This document shows, one piece after another, positions 39,033 to 52,754 of a DNA stretch of 64,000 nucleotides; positions within the stretch are counted from its first letter, which is position 1, and each line of letters starts with the position of its first letter. Made by a program: the position numbers and the translations under genes. The notes below the pieces were generated by a model. The model searched no databases. It saw only the letters and a program-made list of their open reading frames with translations, and had not been told where the DNA came from. The DNA comes from Malacoraja senta (lineage: Eukaryota): contig CM075995.1 in assembly GCA_038087875.1 (NCBI GenBank), positions 2,668,001 through 2,732,000 of the forward strand. Reading direction: 5' to 3'.

Positions 39033-41176
39033 CAGTGCAGGCAGCAAATCCAATGTCACAGCACTTCAGGCAGAGTGCAGGCAGCAAATCCAATGTCACA
39101 GCACTTCAAGCAGTGTGCAGGCAGCAAATCCAAACTCATAGCACTTCAAGCAGAGTGCAGGCAGCAAATCCAATGTCACAGCACTTCAAGCAGAGTGCAG
39201 GCAGCAAATCCAATCTCACAGCACTTCAAGCAGAGGGCACACAGCAAATCCAATCTCACAGCACTTCAAGCAGAGTGCAGGCAGGAAATCCAATCTCACA
39301 GCACTTCAAGCAGAGTGCAGGCAGCGAATCCAATCTCAGAGCACTTCAAGCAGCGTGCAGGCTGCGAATCAAATCTCACAGCACTTCAAGCAGAGTGCAG
39401 GCACCAAATCCAATCTCACAGCACTTCAAGCAGAGTGCAGGCAGCGAATCCAATCTCACAGCACTTCAAGCAGAGTGCAGGCAGTGAATCCAATCTCACA
39501 GCACTTCAAGCAGAGTGCAGGCAGCAAATCCAATCTCACAGCACTTCAAGCAGAGTGCAGGCAGTGAATCCAATCTCACAGCACTTCAAGCAGAGAGCAG
39601 GCAGTGAATCCAATCTCACAGCATTTCAAGCAGAGTGCAGGCAGCGAATCCAATCTCACATCACTTCAAGCAGAGTGCAGGTAGTGAATCCAATCTCACA
39701 GCACTTCAAGCAGTGTGCAGGCAGCAAATCCAATGTCACAGCTCTTCAAGCAGAGTACAGGCAGCAAATCCAATGTCACAGCACTTCAAGCAGAGTGCAG
39801 GGAGAAAATCCATTGTCACAGCACTTCAAGCAGAGTGCAGGCATATGTCACAGCACTTCAAGCAGAGTACAGGCAGCAAATCCAATGTCACAGCACTTCA
39901 AGCAGAGTGCAGGCAGCAAATCCAATGTCACAGCACTTCAAGCAGAGTGCAGGCAGCAAATCGAATCTCACAGCTCTACAAGCAGAGTGCACAAAGCAAA
40001 TCCAATCTCACAGCACTTCAAGCAGTGCAGGCAGGAAATCCAATCTCACAGCACTTCAAGCAGAGTGCAGGCAGCAAATCCAATCTCAGAGCACTTCAAG
40101 CAGAGTGCAGGCTGCGAATCAAATCTCACAGCACTTCAAGCAGAGTGCAGGCAGCAAACCAAATGTCACAGTACTTCTAGCAGAGTGCAGGCAGCAAATC
40201 CAATCTCACAGCTCTACAAGCAGAGTGCACGCAGCAAATCCAGTCTCACAGCACTTCAAGCAGTGCAGGCAGCAAATCCAATGTCACAGCTCTTCAAGCA
40301 GAGTACAGGCAGCAAATCCAATGTCACAGCACTTCAAGCAGAGTGCAGGCAGAAAATCCATTGTCACAGCACTTCAAGCAGAGTGCAGGCATAGGTCACA
40401 GCACTTCAAGGAGAGTACAGGCAGCAAATCCAATGTCACAGCACTTCAAGCAGAGTGCAGGCAGCAAATGCAATGTCACAGCACTTCAAGCAGAGTGCAG
40501 GCAGCAAATCCAATCTCACAGCTCTACAAGCAGAGTGCACAAAGCAAATCCAATCTCACAGCACTTCAAGCAGAGTGCAGGCTGCGAATCAAATCTCACA
40601 GCACTTCAAGCAGAGTGCAGGCAGCAAACCAAATGTCACAGTACTTCTAGCAGAGCGCAGGCAGCAAATCCAATCTCACAGCTCTACAAGCAGAGTGCAC
40701 GCAGCAAATCCAGTCTCACAGCACTTCAAGCAGTGCAGGCAGGAAATCCAATCTCACAGCACTTCAAGCAGAGTGCAGGCTGCGAATCAAATCTCACAGC
40801 ACTTCAAGCAGAGTGCAGGCACAGAATCCAATCTCACAGCACTTCAAGCAGAGTGCAGGCACATAATCCAATCTCACAGCCCTTCAAGCAAAGTGCAGGC
40901 AACGAATCCAATGTCACAGCACATTAAGCAGAGTGCAGGCAGCGAATCCAATCTCACAGCACTTCAAGCAGAGTGCAGGCAGCGAATCCAATCTCACAGC
41001 ACTTCGAGCAGAGTGCAGGCAGCGAATCCAACCTCACAACACTTCAAGCAGAGTGCTGGCAGCAAATGCAATCTCATAGCTCTACAAGCAGAGTGCACGC
41101 AGCAAATCCAATCTCACAGCACTTCAAGCAGAGTGCAGGCAGGAAATCCAATCTCACAGCACTTCAAGCAGAGTGC
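39033..41176 (+). repeat. 40-bp satellite array 2 (about 54 units)
   Basis: Same monomer and same order of variant units as array 1, with internal re-duplications. Confidence 0.98.
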
Positions 41177-42455
<1,279 letters not shown>

Positions 42456-43176
42456 ATATGTATGGCAGTAAACTCTCTTGAATTTACTCACACGGCTCAG
42501 CATGGCTCTCCACTTTGCGGCCTCCACAGTCAGCGGCACTTCCGCAATCTGCGCGACCTCTGCACTCACCGGAAATTACGCAATCAGCGCGACCTGTCCA
42601 CTAAGCGGAAGTCACAAAATGAGCGGGACCTTTGAACCAAACAACAGTCGGATCTAATTAAGCAATGCAGATTCAAGTACAGGCAGGACAGCAGGCCAAA
42701 CAACTCATTTCATTTTTATTAAGGGCTAACAAATCATTTATTCAAGTACATTGCAGACTCACAGTTCAGATGATTCACAGACTAGAATGAGTGTCGTGGC
42801 CTCTCCCTCGCGATCTTGCAGAGAGACTGAGTCATGTTCTGGCATCCGGGGTTTTATAGTCCTGCCCCCACTCATAAAACACTCATAAATCATTTATTTT
42901 TCATCGATGGGAAAAATCCTCGGGGCCTGATCAGCCGAAGAGGACTGTGAGTAAGATGGCCAAAAATCATAGCGATATAGGGTAGCATTTTTTCTAAAAT
43001 CAATATATAGCACAGACAGGAAGTGGTCAAGATGAGACTTTTAATTATATAGACGATGGGCACATTGTAGAATACAACCAGGTGCAATATTACAAGGACA
43101 ACCAGGGCAATTTTGGAATTATTCCACCATGCCGGTTATATAGAAATATATTTGGTGCTCACTAATCGACAGGTAG

Positions 43177-43440
43177 ATTTAGTTTTAGTTTAGTTTAGTT
43201 TAGAGATACAGCGTGGAAACAGGCCTTTCGGACCACCGAGTCCATGCCGATCAGCGATCTGCGCACATTATCACAAGCCTACACACACTAGAAATAATTT
43301 ACATTTATTCCAAGCCAATTAGCCTACAAAACGGTGAGATCGTGCAAACTCCGTACAGACCCCACCCGTAGTCGGGATCGAACCTGGGTCTCTGGCGCTG
43401 CAAGCGCTGTAAGGCAGCAACTCTACCGCTGCACCACCAT
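43177..43440 (-). mobile_element. tRNA-derived SINE with internal deletion
   Basis: A and B boxes, tail and (CTAAA)n. Confidence 0.85.
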
Positions 43441-44492
43441 GACGACCTACGACGCCGTACGATAACCCATGATCATGAAGACACCACAACTCTACCGCCG
43501 TGCCACTGTGTCGAGCACAGTGGAGCAGTTGGTATAAGAGCAGAGAATCCAGCCAATGTCAGACAGAAGAAACTTGGGATTGGGATACAAATGAGCTGAT
43601 CAAAGTGATGAAATGATTGCTAATGTGCAAGGAGGAAATGTCTCTGTGTGAAACCAGAGACATTTATTCAAGCATCAGCCAAGCTCATTAATTCTGCTGT
43701 GATCGTAAGCATACTCAATATACCTGGCCTTGCACTGATGTGTATTGACTGTACAGTACCATTGACTGCATCATGAGAGGAATAGATCGGGTAGACTCAC
43801 AGTCTCTTGGCTTGAGTAGGGGAATCGAGAACCAGAGGACATGGGTTTAAAATGAGTGGGGAGAAATTTAAGTGGAACCTGAAGGGTAATGTTTTCAGGC
43901 AAAGGGTGGTAGGTGTATGGAACGAGCTACCGGAGGAGGAAGTTGAGTCAAATACTATCGCAACGTTAAAGAAACATCTCTCAACTAAACCAAGTGATGT
44001 TTGCAAAGTAGCAATCGGGGGAATATTAGGTATCATCGGCATGTAAGATATGTTGAGAGGGTTATGACCCAAGCGTGGGTAGGTGGGACCAGTGTAGATG
44101 GGGCATGTTGGTTGGCGTGGGAAAGTTGATCCGAAGGTGCTGTTTCCATGCTGTATGACTCTATGACTCCAGAGATGCTGCCTGACCCGCTGAGTTACTC
44201 CAGCACTTTGTGTCTATCTGTGGTATAAACCGGCATCTGCAGTTCCTTGTTATTACATTGTACCTGAAAGTGCCTGGTCTGCTTTCCCAGAGGACAAAAT
44301 GCACGCTGGGCTAGTTTACCCCAGGTGGGATTACGAGCAAAATGGTGCTGGAGCGTGGCACGTCTTTCCATGCTGATCCCAGACGAGGATATACTATCAT
44401 TTGTGTTTGAAGAAGGGTCTCGACATGAAATGTCACCCATTCCTTCTCTCCAGAGATGCTGCCTGTCCCGCTGAGTTACTCCAGCACTTTAA

Positions 44493-44784
44493 AGCCCCTG
44501 TCCCACTTACGTGTCCTTGGCACGCTAATTATGCGACCTCGTCATCGCGTTGAGGCGCAAGGGTATCATGTGGGCATGGAGAAGTGCGGAGGGGTATAGA
44601 GTTGTGCGCGGTATCGCGAGGAGCTCCGGGATTTTGTAGGGTAACTCAATCTTTGCGCGCCTCCGGCGTGACGTAGCGCATACGCGCGGAGGCATATTGC
44701 GCCTCCCACAATATCCGTGCGCCGCAACACGATGACGAGTTCGCGTAATTAGCGTGCCAAGGACACGTAAGTGGGACAGGGGCT
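44493..44784. mobile_element. PIF/Harbinger-type MITE, family C, with long near-perfect TIRs
   Basis: AGCCCCTGTCCCACTTACGTGTCCTTGGCACGCTAATTA.. / ..TAATTAGCGTGCCAAGGACACGTAAGTGGGACAGGGGCT; TAA at 44490-44492 and 44785-44787. Confidence 0.93.
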
Positions 44785-44787
44785 TAA

Positions 44788-45260
44788 CTCCCCCTCCCAT
44801 TCCCACACTGACCTTTCTGTCCTGGGCCTCCTCCATTGTCAGAGTGAGGCCCAATGTAAATTGGAGGAATAACACCTCATATTTTGCTTTGGCAGCTTAC
44901 ACCCCAGCGGTATGAACACTGACCTGTCTAACTTCAAGTAACCCTTGCTTTCCCTCTCTCTCCATCCCTCCTCCTTCCCAGTTCTCTGACCAGTCTTACT
45001 GTCTCTGACTACCTTTTATCTCTGTTTGATTTGTTGTTACTTTCTACCAGCTAACAATGATCTATTCTACAATTTCCTTGATCTCAATTCCCCTTGTCCT
45101 GTTTTCACACCTTACACTTCCTTATCTATGTCTTCCTTTCCCTTGACATCAGTCTGAAGAAGGGTTTCGACATGAAACGTCACCCATTCCTTCTCTCAAG
45201 AGACACTGCTGAGTTTTTCCAGCATTTTGTGTCTACGAGTTACTCCAGCATTTTGTGTCT
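44788..45260 (+). mobile_element. Penelope-like element 3' fragment with pLTR
   Basis: Homologous to the GIY-YIG C-terminus and 3' UTR at 58.1-58.5 kb; degenerate hammerhead motif at 45152. Confidence 0.85.
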
Positions 45261-45765
45261 ATTTACTATCATTAGATACATTGACTCATCTTTCAATTCT
45301 CTTTACTAACTTTTATAATTGTGTTTAGCTTCATTGCATTCATGTACAGTATATCTGATTTGTTCGGATGGCACGGAAACAAAAGCTTTTCACCTTATCG
45401 TTGCCGTGACAATAATAAACCTAAATCTAAACACACAGTATAATAATATTGCTCAATTTTTGGACACAAAACCGATGTCATAGAATGGCCGTGAACTAAT
45501 CCAGTTTCAAGCTTTTGACTCATTATTGCTCTGGCTCCATAGCAGAAGGGTCCACGTCGCGGGGCTGGAAACTGGAAGTATCCTGAGCTAATTCTGCTAC
45601 CACCATCATCTACTGCGACAAGTGATGGCTTCCACTGATTGTCACCGGAAGCTTGCGTCCTTTTCAGGACGGACGATGACAGCGAGGCCAACATTTGAAA
45701 CAAAATGGACACGAAAAGAAGAAGAAGATAATTGCTCTTTGCCTTTTTCCATAGCTAAATAAAAT

Positions 45766-46048
45766 GGCACGGTGGCGCAGCCTTACAGCGCCAAAGACAC
45801 AGGTTCGACCCTGCTGGTCTGTACGGAGTTTGTACTTTCTACCCGTGACCTGCGTGGGTTTTCTCCGGGAACTCCGGTTCCCTCCCACATTCCAAAGACA
45901 TGCAGGTTATTTAGGCTAATTGGCTTGGCAGGATTGTAAATTGTCCCTAGGGTGTGCAGGATAGTGTTAGTGTGCGGGGATCACTGGTCGGCGCGGACTC
46001 GATGGGCCGATGAGGCTGTTTCCACACTGCATCTCCAAAGTAAACTAA
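45766..46048 (+). mobile_element. tRNA-derived SINE (HE1/V-SINE type)
   Basis: GGCACGGTGGCGCAG start, B box, central domain, tail. Confidence 0.85.
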
Positions 46049-46280
46049 AGCATGGTACTACAAAGAAAACTGTTTCCCAAGCAATAGCGAGCAGCCTTCA
46101 AAATGATAGCATTTTTGAAAAAAAAAGAACAAACTTGGCTTCACCCATTTGACATATTATGGTATTAAAAGGGCATGTTAATGACCAACTTGGTTCCAAT
46201 GAGCGATCAAGATAAGTCCTGATTGTTGTTCTCACAAATACTAATTTAGTTTGGCACTTAATTTTTTTTCTCTCTCTCAG

Positions 46281-46465
46281 GTTCTATTGTTGGTTTTGTT
46301 TAGAATCACAAAGTTTTGGAGAAGTTATTCATTGCACTGTGGTCAGGTTGTTCTGCTCTACTCGTTCTCTCCTCAGTCACCTTGTCAAGCGGCATTGCTG
46401 GAGGAATAAGTCCTGAAGCACCCATGTGCTGGAGCCACCGGTTACAGCCGAAGCCTTACTTTCAG
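46281..46465 (+). other. Putative internal exon (185 nt), probably 5' UTR
   Basis: Branch-like TACTAAT (46239-46245), strong acceptor TTTTTTTTCTCTCTCTCAG|G, non-repetitive body, donor CAG|GTAGTT. Confidence 0.55.
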
Positions 46466-46756
46466 GTAGTTACGGACTTTTAACCCAAGATCCCTCTGTG
46501 CATCAAAGTTGTTCCTGAACCTGCTTTCTCCAGGTTTCCAACACCCGAGGATTGTGCCTCATCTATTTCCAGAAGGCTAGTCAGTAGTTGGGGTGGCAGA
46601 ACTGGTAGAGCTGCTGCCTCGCAGCGCCGGAGACCCAGGTTCGATCCCGACGTTGGCTGCTGTCTGTGTGCAGTTTGTACGTTCTCCCTGTGACCGCGAG
46701 GGTTTCCTCCGGCTTTGAAGTCCACACATGCTTTCGAATTCTGTGGCACTGCTAGG

Positions 46757-47040
46757 GCGGCGCAGTGGCGCAGCTGGTAGAGCCGCTGCCTCACAGCGTC
46801 AGGGACCAGGGTTCGATCCTGACCATGGGTGCTGCTTGCACGCTCTCCCTGTGACTGCGTGGGTTCTCTCCAGTGCTCCGGTTTCCTCCCACGTCCCACA
46901 GACGTGTGAGTTTGTTGGTTAATTGGCCTTTGCTAATTGCCACTGGTGCATTGGGAGTGAACGCAAAAGTGGAATAACAGAACTAGATTATATGGGTTGG
47001 CATGGACTTGGTGGGCTGCAGGGCCTGTTTCCACGCTGTT
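46757..47040 (+). mobile_element. tRNA-derived SINE (older subfamily); a second partial copy at about 46590-46715
   Basis: A box GTGGCGCAGCTGG, B box GGTTCGATCC, central domain. Confidence 0.8.
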
Positions 47041-47419
47041 TTGTTCAATGGAAGCAAAAGAAAAAATGTGCTGGAGTAACTCAGTGAGTCAGGCAGCATC
47101 CCTGGAGAACATGGCTAGGTGACATTTTCGGCTTGGGTCCCTTCGTCAGACTGATTTTCTCCAGAGATGCTGCCTGACCCAGTGAGTTACTTCGAAGATA
47201 GACACAAAATGCTGGAGCAGCTCAACGGGTCAGGCGGCATCTCTGGAGGAAACGAAGAAGGTGACATTTCAGGTTGAGACCCTTCTTCCTACCGACTGAG
47301 TTTATCCAGGTATTTAAGTCTTTTTTTTTGTATCCTAGCACCTGCGGTTCTTGCTTTCTAAAAATTCTCCTTGCTCTCTTTTTCACATACTCCCCAGATG
47401 GGAAGAAGCACCACAGCAC

Positions 47420-48089
47420 CTAAAATAAGCATGCAGGTAGAGCAGGCAGTGAAGAAAGCTAATGGCATGTTGGCCTTCAGTGCGAGAGGATTTGAGTTTA
47501 GGAGCAAGGAGGTCCTAGTGCAGTTGTACAGGGCCCTGGTGAGACCACACCTGGAGGATTGTGTTCAGTTTTGGTCTCCTAATTTCAGGAAGGACATTCT
47601 TGCTATTGAGGGAGTGCAGCGTAGGTTCACCATGTTAATTCCCGGGATGGCGGGACTGACCTATGATGAAAGAATGGGTCGACTTGGGTTGTATTCACTG
47701 GAATTTAGAAGGATGAGAGGGCATCTTATAGATACATATAACATTCTTAAGCGATTGGACAGGCTAGATGCAGGAAACATGTTCCCGATGTTGGGGGAGT
47801 CCAGAACCAGGGCTCACAGTTTAAGAATAAGGGGTAGGCCATTTAGGACTGAGATGAGGAAAAAAAATTCTCCCAGAGAGTTGTGAATCTGTGGAATTCT
47901 CTGCTACAGAAGGCAGTGGAGGCCAATTCACTGGGTGTATTCAAGAGAGAGTTAAGGAATCAAGGGATATGGGGAAAAAGCAGGAACGGGGTACTGATTG
48001 GGGATGATCAGCCATGATCATATTGAATGGTGGTGCTGGCTCGAAGGGCCAAATGGCCTACTCCTGCACCTATTTTCTATGTTTCTATG
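47420..48089 (+). mobile_element. CR1 LINE 3' fragment
   Basis: ORF 47371-47886 (QAVKKANGMLAF..LVRPHLEDCVQFWSP); 3' UTR and tail. Confidence 0.93.
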
Positions 48090-48522
48090 CTTAACCCAAC
48101 AGCCAGAGGAATCCTCTTCTTAATTGGTCAATAAAAGAGCAACTGGTGTTCAGCCAAATTTAAAAGTTGCTGATCTGTTTATCAGCATTATGCAGACGCA
48201 GATTGAGCATGTTTGTGACCCTGTGAGTTTAGTGCGTGGTTCCACGATTGTGATCAGCTTGCTTGAAGGCTGTAGACATCGATGATTCACTCTTGGCTAT
48301 TACTCACGTAATGCTATCTTGTGCAGAGTGTAATCCAAACAAGCCATTGACTGTCAACGTCGCTGACAAAAAGAATAGAATAATAATAGCAATTGGGTCA
48401 ATTTTTGCATCATAACGAAAGCGATGCATTTTTTTCCCCCTCCAATCTGGTATATTTGCTGCTTCTGGTGTGGTTTCCACACCAGCAGATCAATCAAGAG
48501 CGAAGACTGTTTAATTGTCATA

Positions 48523-48778
48523 TTTAGTTGAGTTTAGTTTAGAGGAACAGACCCAAAGGCCCACCGAGTCCACACTGCCCAACGATCCCCGCACATTAAC
48601 ACTATCCTGACACACACTAGGGACATTTTACATTTATACCAAGCCAATGAAGCTGTACGTCTTTGGAGTGTGGGAAGACTGTGAAGATCTCGGAGAAAAC
48701 CCATGCAGATCACGGGGAGAGCATACAAACTCCGTACAGACAGCCCCCTTAGTCGGGATCGAACTGGATCTCTGGTGC
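48523..48778 (-). mobile_element. tRNA-derived SINE, 5' end missing
   Basis: B box, central domain and tail. Confidence 0.8.
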
Positions 48779-48779
48779 T

Positions 48780-49589
48780 CGGCCTGTCCCACTTAGGCGA
48801 TTTTTTGGGCGACTAAAGGCTCTGTCTTACCTGTTTGCGGTCATCGGCAGTGAAGCGCGGCGTCGCCGGTAGCGGGGACCGCACGGCAACGGCGAGAGCG
48901 TCGAGCCTATCCACTGGAGCGCCGCACGGATGCTGCGCGGGGGCCGAGTAAATTCAAACACGGCGGGTCCCACGTGCTTGCGGTAAGTAAAAAAAGGGCG
49001 GGCCGACTGCGATGATGTCGGCCCGCCGCACGTGACTCACCAGCGGCGGCTGTGGCGGCGGCCATCCTGATCGCGGCGCTGTAGCGGTGGCTGTGCCTGC
49101 GGCCGTGCAGCACACGTGCCTCACTGGCGGCGGCACGTGCGTCACTGGCGGAGGCTGTGGCAGTGGAGGTTTGACGCACGGCGCTCGAGCCACACTGGCG
49201 GCGGCCCGTGCGAGCGGCCGTGCCGCACTTGTGCATCACTGGTGGAGGTTGTGCGGTGAGTATTTAGTTTTGGACATTGTCGATTTTATTTTAGCACCGC
49301 GCGGTGTTGGGAACACCGCCGCACGGCCCGGGAATTGTACTTTCTCACGAGTGCGCGGTCTATGGGGGCAGATTCCTCCCGTTTCACCGCCATAGACCGC
49401 AGACTCGTGAAACAGGCCTTTAAAGTCGACTGCCGCAAAATTTTCAACATGTTGAACATTTTTTGCCGACAGTGGCGACAATTTTTGCTGTCGTAGGTTG
49501 TCGTAGGTTGACGCAGGTGTCGTAGGTGAATTCCATTAAAACTAGTCCCTGGCAGTTGCCTAAAGAGTCGTCTAAGTGGGACAGGCCCA
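48780..49589. mobile_element. PIF/Harbinger-type MITE family B with a nested family A copy (48817-49420)
   Basis: Outer TIRs GGCCTGTCCCACTTAG / CTAAGTGGGACAGGCC; inner element flanked by TAA at 48814-48816 and 49421-49423. Confidence 0.88.
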
Positions 49590-50516
49590 CATGTGAAGAA
49601 GGGTCTCGACCCAAAACGTCACCTATTCCTTTTCTCCAGAGATGTTGCCTGACCCGCTGAGTTACTCCAGGTTTTTATGTCTATCTTCACAATAATATTC
49701 TTATTTGCTTCAGCTTAAAAAGGTCTGTAAGTGCAATAACAAGTTATCTTCAGACCTAAGGGTCCTTACTCAAAATGTCATCTGTCCATCCTTTCCATAG
49801 ATGCTTCATGACCTACTGAGTTCTTCCACCACTTTGTTTTTTACTCTTCTCGTCATACTTGGCTTACCATATTTACATTGCTTATACACATTTGGAATCA
49901 AGCTGGAGAGGGTGCAGAGAAGATCTATGAGGATGTTGCCAGTACTCGAGGGCCTGAGCCATAAGGAAAGGTTGAGCAGGCTAGGACTCTATTCCTTGGA
50001 GCACAGGAGGATGAGGGGTTATCTTATAGAGATGTACAAAATTATGAGAGGAATAGATTGGGTAAACGCACAGTGTCTCTTGGCAGACAGCACCCATGGT
50101 TAGGATCGAACCCGGGTCTCTGGCGCTGTAAGGCAGCAACTCTGCTGCTGCGTCACTGTGCCAAGTGTGATGCAAGTCAAGGGCGTATCTTCCCATCTCT
50201 CTCAGGACCCGCTGTCTTGACCTTGCAATTGACATAGGTTAGAGCCACGCTTGCGAACATATCTCATAGCGCCCAGAGCCACGGTTGCTCTGTATACACA
50301 AGAGCAGGCGGTGTGCGGAGTGGGGGGGTGGGGGGGGGGAATTATCAGGAACCCCCCCCCTCCCCTTCCCCCCACTATATTCAGTCTTGGGGAGGAGTCC
50401 TGACTGGAGGTGTCTCTTGCCCATGTTCTCCAAAGATGCTACCTGGCCTGCTGAGTTACTCCGGCACTTTGAGTTACTCCAGCACAGTTACACCACCCAG
50501 GCAATTTACATTTCTC

Positions 50517-50878
50517 CCGGCCACTCCCTCTTCTCCCCTCTCCCATCAGGCAAGAGGTACTGAAGTGTAAAAACCTCCATATTCAGGGACAGTTTCTTCC
50601 CAGCTGTTATCTGGCAACTGAACCATCCTATCACCAACCGGAGAGCGGTCCTGACCTCCCATCTACCTCATTGGAGACCCTCGGACTATCTTTAATCGGA
50701 CTTTACTGGACGTTATCTTGCACCAAACGCTATTCCCTTTATCGTGTACCTATACACTGTGGGCAGCTCGATTGTATTCATGCATAGTCTTTCCGCTGAC
50801 TGGTTAGCACGCACAAAAGCTTTTCACTGTACCTCGGTACACATGACAATAAACTAAACTGAACTAAACTAAACTAAA
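50517..50878 (+). mobile_element. Rex1/Babar-type LINE extreme 3' end; similar short copies at 15060-15318(+), 27712-28078(-) and 59722-60085(+)
   Basis: PGHSLFSPLPSGKRY motif, shared 3' UTR ending CTGTACCTCGGTACACATGACAATAAA(CTAAA)n. Confidence 0.8.
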
Positions 50879-52754
50879 CCATTTCAAGATCCAGGCTTAG
50901 CAGGCGTCCATTTTCAAGTGCTTTCCCCAACAGAATTATTATCCATCCGTGATTAAAGAGAAATGAAACCTTGTAAACGTCATTGATCCAAATGCACTTG
51001 AGGAAAATAAATCTGTCAGATAATTATTTGTGCGTAATATTTTCTTGAAAAGATCATAGCGAGCAGAACAACTCAGTGCCTTTAATGGGCAATAAATTCT
51101 GGGGCTGTGGGTCAGCTGGGGCAAGATATAGAAATATAAATGAATGAGGAACAAAGATGCTGGCACTGTACAACTGAACTGCTTCAGAGTCGATTGTTGC
51201 CAGTGAAATAGGTAAAAATATGACTTTTCTTCAAAGGAATGTTAATGAACGTTTATTTACTTTTGGCATCACAGGGAGCTATTAATTCCCTGTTGTTTGA
51301 GTAACTTTGAGCAGGGAAAGTCGATAGTGGCGAGAAGAAAATTCTCATGCTTTATGACCCTTTTATGTTTCAAACAAGTTTAGTTCAATTTAGTTTTTAG
51401 AGATACAGCGCGGAAACAGGCCCTTCGGCCCCTCCGAGTCCGCGCCGACCAGCGATCCCCACACACTAACACTATCCTACAGGCATAAGGGACAAATTAC
51501 ATTTACATCAAGCCAATTAACCTACAAACCTGTACGTCTTTGGAGTGAGGGAGGAAACCGGAGATCCCGGAGAAAACGCACGCAGGTCACGGGAAGCTCC
51601 GGTTTCCTCCCACACTCCAAATATGTATAGTTTGTAGGTTAATTGCCTTGGTATCATTGTAAATGTGGAGTCCAAGTCAATGGATATATTTTAAGGCAGA
51701 GATAGATATATTCGTGATTAGTACAGGTGTCAGAGGTTATGGGGAGAAGGCAGGAGAATGGGGCTAGGAGGGAGAGATAGATCAGCCATGATTGAATAGT
51801 GGAGTAGACTTGATGGGCTGAATGGCCTAATTATGCCCCTATCACTTATGATCTTGTGATCTTAAATTGTCCCTGGTGTGTGTCGGATAGTGTAAGTGCA
51901 CAGGGATTGCTGGTCGCTGCTGTATGTCTAAATTAAGCAAAACAAACTAATCTAAACTAAACTAAATTAAACTAAACTAAATTAAACTAAACTAAATTAA
52001 ACTAAACTAAATTAAATTAAATTAAACTAATCTAAAAACCTCAGCCTACGTCAGACAAGGAGATGGATTGGTAATTTAAAATTATAATGAGACTGGCAGC
52101 CTCTAATAGTTTTTACTTATGAAGGAACTGCAGATGCTGGAAAATGGAAGGTAGACAAAAATGCTGGAGAAACTCAGCGGGTGAGGCAGCATCTATGGAG
52201 CGAAGGAAATTGGCAACGTTTTGGGTCGAAACCCTTCTTCAGACTTTTTTGTTTTAGTTTTAACTTTGCTGGTTGTAAAATGGTCAGCTGAACTTCTCAT
52301 GCTCTGAATAACTCCTTGTGGGCGAAGAGAGCTTGATGGGTGGCCTCTACAATCATACAAAAGCTAGCATCCTCCCTTCCCCATGGGATTCTCCACAAAC
52401 AGACATCCCCCAGTCGGAATCGGCAATCAGGCACTGCTCCCTGGCCACAGATCAGAACATAATCTGCACTGAAATCTCACAGTCAGATCTGATTAGCTTG
52501 GTGTCACATACACCAAGATGCAATGACATTCCTTGATCCCATGAAGCTCAAAGAGTACACAACGTATGTGGTAATAACAGATGGTTACAACAACAAATAC
52601 AAAAAGTGTAGGAAGGAACTGCAGATGCTGATTTAAACGGAAGATAGACACAAATACAAAACAGCAGGATGATGCAACGATTGTAGTGCAATCTGAAGAA
52701 GTGCATAAAAAGTACTGAAGTGTGATAATGGAATAGCCAAATGAGCCAAATAGC

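Noticed and set aside
37155..41176. 40-bp array with an AT-rich leader, superficially CRISPR-like
   Set aside because: Monomers are head-to-tail with no unique spacers, there are no cas genes, and the context is eukaryotic.
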